IMG/VR virus record: IMGVR_UViG_3300045988_030912 | Span: 1-46,689 of that record | Strand: one strand, 5' to 3' | DNA from: a virus | Length of the DNA: 46,689 nucleotides | Shown here: in pieces, positions 13,711 through 22,021 of the stretch | Layout: every line of letters begins with the position of its first letter | Position numbering within the stretch: the stretch's first letter is position 1 | The notes under the pieces: generated by a model | The model's input: only the letters and a program-made list of their open reading frames with translations | What the model was told of the DNA's origin: nothing | Databases searched by the model: none | Position numbers and translations under genes: made by a program

Positions 13711-14109
13711 TCAGTCGAGCAGCGCGTGGATCCCCTGCTTGGCGAGGAAGTCCTTCTGCGCGTGCTTGACCTTGGCCGCATAGGCGAGGGCGTCGTGCAT
13801 ATCGCCGTTGCAGTGGGCGTCAGGGATCCGCTGGACGGCCCGGGCCGTGGCTTCGGCGAGGGCGATGGCCGCCCCGGTGCTCTGGACGATCATCACCTCG
13901 AGCTCCTCCCGGGCCCGCTCCCGCTCCTCGGCGTCGTGTCTGCGCTCCTCTGCCGCTTTTTCGGCCGCCTTGCGGCGTGCCTCCTCCTGCTGGTCTCGCT
14001 GCTTCTCCCGGCGCTGGATCCTGTGTTCTACCAGCCAGAAGCAGAAGCCGGTGATCGCCGAGGGGATCCCCATGAGGGCGGCGAGCTGAGCGATGTCGAT
14101 CTCGATCAT
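13711..14109 (-). CDS. N-terminally membrane-anchored coiled-coil protein in the lysis cassette
   Basis: Start at 14109 (MIEIDIAQLAALMGIPSAITGFCFWLV...) with AAGGAG 8 nt upstream. Followed by a charged coiled coil. Confidence 0.6.
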   Translation of the reverse strand: MIEIDIAQLAALMGIPSAITGFCFWLVEHRIQRREKQRDQQEEARRKAAEKAAEERRHDAEERERAREELEVMIVQSTGAAIALAEATARAVQRIPDAHCNGDMHDALAYAAKVKHAQKDFLAKQGIHALLD

Positions 14110-14218
14110 GTGCATCTCTCCTTTCGTGTGGTTTTTGAAATAGCGAGCCCCTCGACCGGGTAGGCCGAGGGGCTTGCGCTCTGGCGGGGCTGCTGCGTTC
14201 ATCCTCCATATTGATTTT

Positions 14219-15940
14219 TTAGGCCACGGGGTAAGTAAAGGCAACCATATAGCTGTTGCCCGTAAAGCCATTATTGGCCGTCATTCTCCCATCTGCGGTC
14301 ACTGAAATTCTAAGCGGTTCATTACTTTCGCTGCTTCCGCCTGTTCCGTAGGGAGAAAAGCCATAATAAAGTTGTTTGCCCGATGCTGGCTTTGGAAGCC
14401 CCGAAAAAATGACAGTATAGCCGGATGCTTTTTCTCTCACGGTTATATAGGCGTTAAACTGACACACTCCATTCTTGACGCAATAATAATTATCCGCTGC
14501 GCCAAGCGTGTAATTTGTGCCGCCTCCAAGAATTGAAGTGATTTCATTTACAGTATCCGCAACGCCGTTTGTAATTCTTTCCTCAATCTGCTTGCTACTC
14601 CATGTGCTGTCCTCGCTCACGGCGGCGTCGTCGATGGCGGCCCCGTCTTTCCCCGGCTGCCCCTGCGGGATGCCGAGGTTGACCTTGTACTGCCCGGGGA
14701 CGTCGGGATCGGGGACGACCTCAGACGCGGCAGGCTCGTCAGGGCCGAGGGTCGTGGTGGCGCCGCCGATCAGCGTGGGCGTGGTGCCTGCGGGGCCTTG
14801 CGGGCCCTGTTCTCCCTGTGGGCCTGCGGGGCCTGCCGGGCCTTCAGCTCCGGGCTCACCTTGCGGCCCTGCGGGGCCTTGCTCGCCCTGCGGCCCCTGC
14901 GGGCCTGCGGGGCCGGCGTTGCCGGCGGGGCCCTGTTCTCCGGCGGGGCCTTGCTCGCCCTGCGGGCCTGCGGGGCCTGCCGGGCCGGTAGCTCCGGGCT
15001 CGCCCTGCTCACCTTGCGGCCCCTGTTCGCCTGCCGGGCCTGCCGGGCCCTGCTGACCTTCGGGGCCGGTGGCTCCAGCGGGGCCCTCGGGGCCCTGCGG
15101 GCCTTGGATGCCCTGCGGCCCCTGCGCACCACGGAGGGCGAGGAGCTGCCAGAAGGGATCGTCGGAGAGGCCGGTGGTGGGCGCCTCGTTGGTGGGGTTG
15201 TCTTGCTTGCAGGCGTAGGAATTGCCGTCGGTGTGGGTGATGTAGTCGTTTTTGGTGTAGGGAGGATCCGCGGCCACGTCGTAGTCGCCGCGGGGGTTGA
15301 TGGCCGAGACGGCGCTCTCGCCGGGCTCGCCCTGTGGCCCCTGTGGGCCTTCGGGGCCTTGGATGCCCTGCTCGCCCTGTGGGCCGCGCTCTCCCTGCGG
15401 GCCCTTCTCTCCGGCGGGGCCCTGTGGGCCTTGGATGCCCTGCGGGCCCTGTTCTCCCTGCGGGCCGGCCTCCCCGGGATCGCCCTGCGGCCCCTGCGGG
15501 CCGGCAGGGCCTTGGAGCCCTTGCTCGCCTTGCGGGCCGGTGCCGCCGGGGTTGCCCTGCGGCCCCTGCGGGCCGGCGGGGCCTTGGATCCCCTGCGGGC
15601 CTTCGGGCCCGGTCGCTCCGGCGGGGCCGGCAGGCCCCTGAGCACCTTCAGCGCCCTGCGCCCCGGTGGGGCCCTGTGGGCCGGTGGCACCCGGAGGGCC
15701 TTGGATGCCCTGCTGCCCGGCGGGGCCCTGAGCGCCTTCGGGGCCCTGCGGGCCGTCCATGACGGTGAGGGTCTGCGTCTTTGTGGTGCCGTCGTCCAGC
15801 GTCCACGCAAAGACGACCTCGCTGCCGCCGGCCACGGGATTGATCGACTGGATGGTGCAGTTTTTTCCCTTCAGGGCGCCGCCGCCGATGACAGTCTCCT
15901 CGGTGTACTTCTTAGCCAGTACCAGTGCCAAAAGATCCAT
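14219..15940 (-). CDS. Collagen-like (Gly-X-Y) tail fibre with a globular C-terminal domain
   Basis: Two long GXY blocks ([13 protein letters not shown]...) are separated by a globular insert of about 60 aa. The last ~125 aa are beta-rich. The RBS is AAGGAGG. Confidence 0.85.
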   Translation of the reverse strand: MDLLALVLAKKYTEETVIGGGALKGKNCTIQSINPVAGGSEVVFAWTLDDGTTKTQTLTVMDGPQGPEGAQGPAGQQGIQGPPGATGPQGPTGAQGAEGAQGPAGPAGATGPEGPQGIQGPAGPQGPQGNPGGTGPQGEQGLQGPAGPQGPQGDPGEAGPQGEQGPQGIQGPQGPAGEKGPQGERGPQGEQGIQGPEGPQGPQGEPGESAVSAINPRGDYDVAADPPYTKNDYITHTDGNSYACKQDNPTNEAPTTGLSDDPFWQLLALRGAQGPQGIQGPQGPEGPAGATGPEGQQGPAGPAGEQGPQGEQGEPGATGPAGPAGPQGEQGPAGEQGPAGNAGPAGPQGPQGEQGPAGPQGEPGAEGPAGPAGPQGEQGPQGPAGTTPTLIGGATTTLGPDEPAASEVVPDPDVPGQYKVNLGIPQGQPGKDGAAIDDAAVSEDSTWSSKQIEERITNGVADTVNEITSILGGGTNYTLGAADNYYCVKNGVCQFNAYITVREKASGYTVIFSGLPKPASGKQLYYGFSPYGTGGSSESNEPLRISVTADGRMTANNGFTGNSYMVAFTYPVA

Positions 15941-15952
15941 GTCTGCACCTCC

Positions 15953-16120
15953 TTACTGCGGCAGCCAGCGCTTGCCGTCCTCGTCGAACATGAAAAGCGT
16001 CCCGGTATCCATCTCGTAGCACGTCGAGGTGTTGGTCATGCCGTCGATGGGCTTGGTGTCCGTGCTCAGGCAGTAGACCTCGTAGGTGTTTTCGCTGTGG
16101 TTTTTCTTGATCGTTACCAT
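15953..16120 (-). CDS. Small hypothetical protein (55 aa)
   Basis: My translation is MVTIKKNHSENTYEVYCLSTDTKPIDGMTNTSTCYEMDTGTLFMFDEDGKRWLPQ*. GAAGGAGG lies upstream. Below the ORF-track cutoff. Confidence 0.6.
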   Translation of the reverse strand: MVTIKKNHSENTYEVYCLSTDTKPIDGMTNTSTCYEMDTGTLFMFDEDGKRWLPQ

Positions 16121-16142
16121 GTGAGTGCCTCCTTCTCTGGTG

Positions 16143-16595
16143 TTACTCCACGTCCTCCCATCCCGCGGGGTAGGCTTCAGGGCTGTGCGCGTTGTTGTCG
16201 ATGGTCGAGCGCTTGACCTTGCCGTCCGTCCAGACGCAGCACTCGCCCTTCATGTAGGTGTCGTGGGCGCCGGTGGGCTGGATGAAGGGCTTGGCCTTCG
16301 CGGGGTCGGTGGTGTGGTAGGGAGCCCACTGCGCAGGGCTCTTGCCCGGCTCGATGTCCGGGTTGTTGTTGCAGTTGTGGGCCTGACAGCAGCGCCACGC
16401 CTGCCCGGCGTGGGTGCAGGGCTCGCCGATCTCGTGGCTGCCGTCGCCCTTCGGGCCTTCCTTCGTCCACGGGGGCAGCAGCTCCTCGCAGGCGATGACG
16501 TCGGTGCCGGTGCGCTCGCCGGCGGCGATCTCGTTGATGGTGCTCAGGCGTGCGCTGCGGATGGTGGCCTCGAGGCCGCTGTATTTGCCGGTCAT
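16143..16595 (-). CDS. Cys-rich hypothetical protein with a CBM5/12-like AW...H...W.P signature (tail-module accessory)
   Basis: GQAWRCCQAHNCNNNPDIEPGKSPAQWAPY. ATGA coupling to the upstream small ORF. Confidence 0.55.
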   Translation of the reverse strand: MTGKYSGLEATIRSARLSTINEIAAGERTGTDVIACEELLPPWTKEGPKGDGSHEIGEPCTHAGQAWRCCQAHNCNNNPDIEPGKSPAQWAPYHTTDPAKAKPFIQPTGAHDTYMKGECCVWTDGKVKRSTIDNNAHSPEAYPAGWEDVE

Positions 16596-16756
16596 ACCGT
16601 CAGCCCCCTTTCGATGGCGTCAGTCAGCTCGGCCATCTCCTCCTCGAGGGAGGCGATGCGCTGCTTGTCCTCGGCAGAGGTGCCGCCGCCGCCCTGAGCG
16701 GCGGCCTGCTCCTTCTCGTGGATCTCTTTGATGCTGTGCTCTTTGAAGTAGATCAC
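16592..16756 (-). CDS. Small coiled-coil protein (54 aa, GTG start)
   Basis: AAAGGAGG lies 6 nt upstream of the GTG. Translation: VIYFKEHSIKEIHEKEQAAAQGGGGTSAEDKQRIASLEEEMAELTDAIERGLTV*. Confidence 0.55.
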   Translation of the reverse strand: MIYFKEHSIKEIHEKEQAAAQGGGGTSAEDKQRIASLEEEMAELTDAIERGLTV

Positions 16757-16773
16757 GGTGCTCCTCCTTTCGT

Positions 16774-18483
16774 TTATGCGAAGTTGCCGCCGATGCTCTG
16801 GATGTAGCAGGTCTCGGTCGCGGAGCCGCGCAGGAGCTTCGCCTTGACCTTCACGCCCCACGCATCCGCGGTCTTGGTCGTGTTGGTGAACAGGTGCTTG
16901 GTGCCGTTGAGGACTTTGGTGCTGATGTCCTCCCATGTGGGCGCTGCGTCGTTGCCGTTGTTGCAGATCCAGACGCTCAGGGTGCAGCCGGCCGGGAAGT
17001 GGCCCTGAATGTTGACGAGGGCCTTGGTCGGCATATCGTCGGCAGCCATCGCGAGAGTCTGCTCGAACTCGATGACGGTCACGGCCTTGGTGAAGGTCAG
17101 CGTCCGGGTGGCACTGTCGCCCATCGCGTCGGTCGCCGTGACGGTCAGGGTGTGCCCGCCGTTGACGAGCTTCAGCCATGCGTCGGCGTCGAGGCTCAGG
17201 GTGTTGGTATTGCCGAGGGTGGCCGTGAAGCTCCTCAGCGTGGCGCCGTCCAGCTTCTCCACGACGGTGACGGCGTGGTTGTCCGCGTCGGTGACGGTGT
17301 ACTCGAAGCTCGGGCCGGTGGCGCTGAAGCTGCCGAGATCCTTGTCGGTGCCGCTGATGACCGGCGACCGGTTGTTGGTCACTGTGCGGCTCGGCCCCGT
17401 GGTATAGGCAGACTCCGCGCCCACGGCGTCGTATGCCTTGACGCGGTACTGCACGGTCGACCAGCCGAAGGTCACGGCCGCGGTGTAGGAGCGGTTGGCG
17501 CCCTTGTAGATCTGCGTCCATGTGCCGTCGTTGGCCTTCTGCTCCAGAATGTAGCCGGCGAGGGCTCCTTCGGGGTCGGTGGAGGCGCCCCATGTGATCG
17601 TCGCGCTCTGGCCGCCGTACACGGTGGCCGGCACGTTGATGGAGGCCGGGGCAGTCGGGGCCTCGTTGTAGATCAGGGTGTAGCAGCCGTCCGCGTCGGT
17701 GGAGTCGGAGATCAGGAGATCGGAGGACAGATTACAAGCGGGGCGCAGGCCGCTGAGGCCGCCGTAGGCGCTGCCGTAGCTCAGCGTGCCGACAGGGCGG
17801 ACGAGGCGGGCGTAGTCGGCCGACCCGGCATAGGCGTCCCGCAGCCAGTAGTACCACGCAGCATTGGCGGCCGGGTTGCTGGAGTAGTTGGAATTGGCGA
17901 CGCAGGCCGCGGTCACGGTGGCGATGCGGCTGGCGTTGTCGCTGAACATGGCGATCTTGCTGCCGCAGGTGTGGTCGCCGGTCAGGCCGACCTCAGTGCA
18001 GGACAGGAGGAATACCTTGTCGACGCAGGTCTCCGTCCCGCCGCCGTCTGTGGAGCTCTTGCCGACGGTGAGGGTGGTCTCCAGCAGGGCGGCCCGCTCC
18101 TCGGCCGTGAAGGCGCTCAGGAAGCCGGCGATGGTGTCGTAGGCGTTGGTATTGCTCCAGACGTTTGCCGTGGAGGGAGGGGCGTCAGCGCTGTGCTGCG
18201 CGGTGTACCACGATCCAGCCGCCGCCGGGCTGTTGAGCCACTGCCGGATGTTGGAGTAGATATAGCGGTTATTGCCGTAGCTGACGCGGTTGCTGTCGCC
18301 GTTGCTCGCCTCCTTCGCGTCGAAGCACAGGAGCTTGATGATCTGCTCGGCGACGAGGGTGACGCTGCCCGACGGGTAGCCGGTGTGATTTATGTCGGCG
18401 ATCTTCCAGATGATCGGGGCGCTGTGAAGGCTGCCGAACTTAACCTTTGCCCCGGTTGCGAGGCTGCTCAGTTTTTGGGCCAT
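16774..18483 (-). CDS. DGR target protein 1 (569 aa): N-terminal variable ligand-binding domain carrying VR1, followed by Ig/FN3-like repeats
   Basis: VR1 covers aa ~219-249 (AGSADYARLVRPVGTLSYGSAYGGLSGLRPA). The C-terminal ~310 aa are beta-rich repeats (ITWGASTDPEGALAGYILEQ..., YRVKAYD...). An AAAGGAG RBS lies inside the RT 3' end. Confidence 0.9.
   Translation of the reverse strand: MAQKLSSLATGAKVKFGSLHSAPIIWKIADINHTGYPSGSVTLVAEQIIKLLCFDAKEASNGDSNRVSYGNNRYIYSNIRQWLNSPAAAGSWYTAQHSADAPPSTANVWSNTNAYDTIAGFLSAFTAEERAALLETTLTVGKSSTDGGGTETCVDKVFLLSCTEVGLTGDHTCGSKIAMFSDNASRIATVTAACVANSNYSSNPAANAAWYYWLRDAYAGSADYARLVRPVGTLSYGSAYGGLSGLRPACNLSSDLLISDSTDADGCYTLIYNEAPTAPASINVPATVYGGQSATITWGASTDPEGALAGYILEQKANDGTWTQIYKGANRSYTAAVTFGWSTVQYRVKAYDAVGAESAYTTGPSRTVTNNRSPVISGTDKDLGSFSATGPSFEYTVTDADNHAVTVVEKLDGATLRSFTATLGNTNTLSLDADAWLKLVNGGHTLTVTATDAMGDSATRTLTFTKAVTVIEFEQTLAMAADDMPTKALVNIQGHFPAGCTLSVWICNNGNDAAPTWEDISTKVLNGTKHLFTNTTKTADAWGVKVKAKLLRGSATETCYIQSIGGNFA
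17736..17830 (-). repeat. DGR variable repeat 1 (VR1)
   Basis: 95-nt alignment to TR 19813..19907. There are 18 mismatches, all at + strand T (coding-strand A of TR). Confidence 0.9.
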
Positions 18484-19618
18484 GTGTGTCGTCTCCTTTC
18501 GGGTTTTGAGGTTTCAGCTCCGGGAAATAACCGAAGAAGTAGGAGTCCATGCTCTGCCGCAGGTGGTAGGTGTTGCCGTGTGAGATATGGCCGCACCAGC
18601 TCGCGTAGGAGTGCAGGACGCTCTCGTGGGTCATCTTGCCGGCGTCCACCAGCCAGTGGTATTTGCGGATCTTCCGCTTCATGTTGTCGATGCTCTTGGC
18701 CCGCACCTTCCTGACCACCTTGCCGGTGTGCGTGAGGTAGGTGTGGAAGCCGAGGAAGTCGATGCCGTTCTTCAGCGGGAAGATCTGCGTCTTTTTGTTC
18801 AGCCGCAGGCCGAGGGGCTCGATGTACGCCTCGATCTTCTTCAGGATCCGACGGAGCAGCAGCTTGTCGTTGCTGATGATGTAGAAGTCGTCCATGTATC
18901 TGCCATAGACGAGGCCGAGGCCGTCCCGCAGCCAGTGGTCGAAGTCGTCGAGGTAGAGCAGCGCGAGGAGCTGGCTGCTCTGGTTGCCGATCGGGATGCC
19001 CGGATCCGGCGTGCTGTCGATGACCAGCCACAGGAGCCACTCGACGAAGTCGCGCAGCTCCTCGTCGTCGATGACTGCGAGGGCCTTCTTCGCCTTCTCG
19101 TAGCACACAGCATGGAGAAGGGTGTAAAAGAACTTTGAAAAATCTCCCTTGAGCACCCACCCGTCGGCGTAGTCCCACTCCTCCATCGGCCGGTATGGCA
19201 GGCCGGCAGCCCGGCGGGCTGCTTCGTCCGCTGCCTTGCGGCTGAAGAAGTAGTGGCGCATGGCCTTGGCGAGTCGGTCGAGGCCGAAGTGGGTGCCCTT
19301 GCCGACCTGCCCCGCATAGTTGTCCCGGATCAGACGCCGGGAGAAGCAGGGCTCGAGGACGTTGTCGCATAGGGAGTGCTGCACGACCTTCCCCTCGAAG
19401 TCGATGGCGAGCACGAGGCGCTCCTTGGGCTCGTACACCTTGAAGGGGTAGTACGGGCCGAAGGTGTACTCGCGCCGCTGGAGCCTTCGGGCGAGGTCGT
19501 CGGTGCGCTCCACGGCCTCCATGCGGTAGCGCATGGCCGTGGGGTTGTCGCGCTTGCCGCAGCGGGTTTTCCTATATGCGGCATACAGCGCGGTGAAGCT
19601 GTTGACGATGTTCTCCAT
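18440..19618 (-). CDS. DGR reverse transcriptase (alternative GTG start at 19654)
   Basis: YGRYMDDFYII (YxDD catalytic box) and IGNQSSQLLALLYL ([I/V/L]GxxxSQ, a DGR-clade hallmark). It lies next to TR and Avd. Confidence 0.9.
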   Translation of the reverse strand: MENIVNSFTALYAAYRKTRCGKRDNPTAMRYRMEAVERTDDLARRLQRREYTFGPYYPFKVYEPKERLVLAIDFEGKVVQHSLCDNVLEPCFSRRLIRDNYAGQVGKGTHFGLDRLAKAMRHYFFSRKAADEAARRAAGLPYRPMEEWDYADGWVLKGDFSKFFYTLLHAVCYEKAKKALAVIDDEELRDFVEWLLWLVIDSTPDPGIPIGNQSSQLLALLYLDDFDHWLRDGLGLVYGRYMDDFYIISNDKLLLRRILKKIEAYIEPLGLRLNKKTQIFPLKNGIDFLGFHTYLTHTGKVVRKVRAKSIDNMKRKIRKYHWLVDAGKMTHESVLHSYASWCGHISHGNTYHLRQSMDSYFFGYFPELKPQNPKGDDTHGPKTEQPRNRGKG

Positions 19619-19812
19619 GATTAAAAAATCCCTGCCGTGGATAGCTCCGGCCACGCTTTGCGTGCGCCGCCGGGAGCATCAGCAGTCCTGTGTTTACCCA
19701 TGACCGCGCCGGTCAGACGGCGCAGGCTGCGGGAGGGATACGCCTTCCTTGGATGATGGTGCATTGTGTTCGCCGCCCTCCGCGGGCGGGTAATAAGTCG
19801 AGCGATCCATCG

Positions 19813-19907
19813 AAGCGGGGCGCAGGCCGTTGTTGCCGTTGTAGGCGTTGTTGTTGTTCAGCGTGCCGTCAGTGTTGACGTTGCGGGCGTTGTTGGCCGA
19901 CCCGGCA
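19813..19907 (-). repeat. DGR template repeat (TR). It is separated from the RT gene by a spacer: 158 nt to the GTG at 19654 (spacer 19655..19812), or 194 nt to the ATG at 19618.
   Basis: The coding-sense TR reads gcc ggg tcg gcc AAC AAC gcc cgc AAC gtc AAC ACT gac ggc ACG ctg AAC AAC AAC AAC gcc TAC AAC ggc AAC AAC ggc ctg cgc ccc gct. That is 11 AAC codons and 26 adenines. Confidence 0.9.
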
Positions 19908-19941
19908 CGAAAAATACAAGGCGTACCCCACGGGGCCGCTG

Positions 19942-20331
19942 TTAGGTCTTTCTGACCATCTTGGCAGCCCTCTCCTTATCCGTTTTGTACCATTTGGCGG
20001 TCTGGTTTTTTACGCCGGCCGCCATCCTCGCCCAGTAGGCGAAGGCGTCATCGCCGAGCCCGCCGAGGATCTCGTGGGCGAGCTCGATGTGGTGGATCAG
20101 CTTGCGGCAGTTGCGCAGGGCTGACCGCTGCGCCCGGAAGCGCAGCTCCCGCTCCTCCGGGTCGGCGAGGAGCAGGTCGTTGGCCTCCATGAGGTCAGCG
20201 ACCAGATCGCTCGCTTCATTCATCATCCGTTGAGCGAGGCCGAGCCTCTCCTTCTTCGGGAAGATGTTGGCGTTGCGGGTCTTGATGTAGGTGTGCTTCT
20301 CGAGCTCCTTGGCGTCGGTGATGACCTGCAT
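19942..20331 (-). CDS. avd: Avd-like accessory variability determinant (four-helix-bundle, basic, 129 aa)
   Basis: Its size, helical pattern and basic C-terminus fit Avd, and it sits immediately upstream of TR. The sequence resembles the 23S-rRNA-IVS/Avd family. Confidence 0.7.
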   Translation of the reverse strand: MQVITDAKELEKHTYIKTRNANIFPKKERLGLAQRMMNEASDLVADLMEANDLLLADPEERELRFRAQRSALRNCRKLIHHIELAHEILGGLGDDAFAYWARMAAGVKNQTAKWYKTDKERAAKMVRKT

Positions 20332-20344
20332 CTCCGGGAGCTTC

Positions 20345-20599
20345 TCACGGCCGAAGGGCGGGCGGCCTACATTTTCCTGCCCTGATGGCCTCGAGTGTGT
20401 GCTGTTTGCCGTAGTACCTCACCTCCTCGCCTTTGATGGTGATCCTCGCGCCGCCGCCGTCGTAGGTGGTGCCCTGAATGACGATCAGGCCGTCATCCCG
20501 CTCGCAGCGGGAGCAGGGCAGCGCCAGCTCGACGAACAGGTGCGCGATGATGCAGGACGCCTCGGGCAGCGGGATCGGGGTGTACCCGCGGCCGTTCAC
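20345..20599 (-). CDS. Hypothetical protein (84 aa, GTG start)
   Basis: The ORF starts 3 nt after the fibre-gene stop (possible coupling). No clear SD. Confidence 0.4.
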   Translation of the reverse strand: MNGRGYTPIPLPEASCIIAHLFVELALPCSRCERDDGLIVIQGTTYDGGGARITIKGEEVRYYGKQHTLEAIRAGKCRPPALRP

Positions 20600-20602
20600 G
20601 GC

Positions 20603-21352
20603 TTAGCACTCGAGGCGCTGGAGCGTAGCGTTCCAGACGCCGGAGGTCAGGGTGATGCCATCCAGATCCACGAAGGTGATCTGGAAGGGGTTGGTCGTGA
20701 TGTCGCTGAATACGGCGTCCCACAGGGTCACGATCTTGCTGGTGTTCTGCGTCACGATCTTGGTCAGCTCGGTGATGTCGAGCCGCGCCGCGTTTATGAG
20801 CTCGATGGCCTGCTTGGCAAGGGCGAGGGCCTCGTCGCCGGTGCCCTGCGCCTTCAGGGCGAGAGCTCTGACGCCCTCGATGTCCTCCTGTCTGGCGAAG
20901 GCGTCGGGGGCGATGTAGGCGGTCACGTTGGTGGCCGCGCCGATCACGGTGATGATGTCGATGGTTTTCTCGACGACCGTGGCGCCGCCGGTGGGCGGGA
21001 TCCACTCAGCGAGGTCGCCGCTGTTGCCGTAGCAGTAGAGCACCTCGCCGACCGCAGGATCAGGATCCTCGGCGTAGAGGGCCAGCTCGCGGTAGTGGAA
21101 GCCCTCGGTCGTCTGGTCGTTCTGGAAGATGCCGCCGACGGTGACGGTGCCGTCTCCGTTGACGGAGAGCTTCGTGATGTTCACGGTCGCCTTCGGGCTG
21201 ATGACGTCGGTGAGGGTGCGGGGCGTCTGACCCTCCCCGAGGTAGCCGTCGCCGAGGACGATCCGCGTGTAGTTGATTTTTTCGCCGGCTGCGCCCTTAG
21301 CGAGGACGATCAGGCCGGCCGCGGTGATGTCGTTGTTGATAAATGCAGCCAT
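20603..21352 (-). CDS. Tail fibre protein with a P2 gpH-like tail-collar N-terminal domain
   Basis: ITAAGLIVLAKGAAGEKINYTRIVLGDGYLGEGQTPRTLTDVISPK... It lies downstream of the gpI/gpJ homologues. Confidence 0.75.
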   Translation of the reverse strand: MAAFINNDITAAGLIVLAKGAAGEKINYTRIVLGDGYLGEGQTPRTLTDVISPKATVNITKLSVNGDGTVTVGGIFQNDQTTEGFHYRELALYAEDPDPAVGEVLYCYGNSGDLAEWIPPTGGATVVEKTIDIITVIGAATNVTAYIAPDAFARQEDIEGVRALALKAQGTGDEALALAKQAIELINAARLDITELTKIVTQNTSKIVTLWDAVFSDITTNPFQITFVDLDGITLTSGVWNATLQRLEC

Positions 21353-21370
21353 GCGTATCTCCTTTCCGTG

Positions 21371-22021
21371 TTATTCGATCGCTGCGAGCGCACTGGTGCC
21401 GATGGTGACAGTCTCGACGCTTCGGTCGTAGACGGCCGCGCCGTGGTAGAGGTGGATCTCGTCGCTGCCGAAAACGTGGCGCTCATAGGTGTGCTCCTGC
21501 GTTGCCATCCCGAAAAAGACGTACATCTCGCCGGTCAGGCAGATCAGGATCGTGTCGAGCCACGAGCTGCGGCGCTTCACGACGCTGAGCAGCTTCATGA
21601 AAAGCTCATAGTTTTCGTTGACGAGCTCGGGCTTGTCGCTGAGCACCTTGAAGTGATGCGGCTGCCCGCCGTACTCATACCACTCGCGGATCTCGCCGCC
21701 GCCGAAGTAGTCGGCCACGATCTGCTCGACCGCGTAGCGGGTGCCGAGCTTGGCATAGACGCGGTCGCTGTTGCGGATGACGGCCCGCTTCGTCTCGATG
21801 CTGGCCGTGCTGTCGTACCACTTGATGTTGAGCTCCCATGCCAGCTCGTCGAGCTCTGCCTCGGTGAGCTGGTCGATCTTGTCCCATCGGGTGAGCAGCT
21901 TCAGGCGTGCCGCGATGCTGCGGGTGACTTCGTCGCTGCCGGCCGCGAGCCCCTTGATGGCGCCGTCCTCCCTCATCCATGCGGGGAGCAGCTTCAGGAT
22001 CTCGGCCTCGTTCAGTTTCAT
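21371..22021 (-). CDS. Baseplate/tail protein I (P2 gpI-like)
   Basis: LLPAWMRED...LDELAWELNIKWYDSTASIETKRAVIRNSDRVYAKLGTRYAVEQ. Confidence 0.8.
   Translation of the reverse strand: MKLNEAEILKLLPAWMREDGAIKGLAAGSDEVTRSIAARLKLLTRWDKIDQLTEAELDELAWELNIKWYDSTASIETKRAVIRNSDRVYAKLGTRYAVEQIVADYFGGGEIREWYEYGGQPHHFKVLSDKPELVNENYELFMKLLSVVKRRSSWLDTILICLTGEMYVFFGMATQEHTYERHVFGSDEIHLYHGAAVYDRSVETVTIGTSALAAIE

Noticed and set aside
14770-15810. 346-aa minus-strand ORF and several plus-strand ORFs within the collagen-repeat DNA
   Set aside because: These are alternative frames of the GXY-repeat DNA (Arg/Pro/Ala-rich). The Gly-X-Y frame (14219-15940) has a proper RBS and globular termini. The repetitive DNA is also not a CRISPR array, since it has no unique spacers or fixed repeat unit.
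18440-19654. The reverse transcriptase as a retron or group II intron RT
   Set aside because: An Avd-like gene, a TR with two cognate VRs showing adenine-only differences, and the IGxxxSQ motif all point to a DGR. I saw no msr/msd-like inverted repeats, no maturase/endonuclease domains and no intron RNA structure.
19690-19878. 62-aa plus-strand ORF between avd and the RT gene
   Set aside because: It overlaps the TR and spacer on the wrong strand and has a Cys/Arg-rich, nonsensical composition. The region is better explained as non-coding DGR template RNA.
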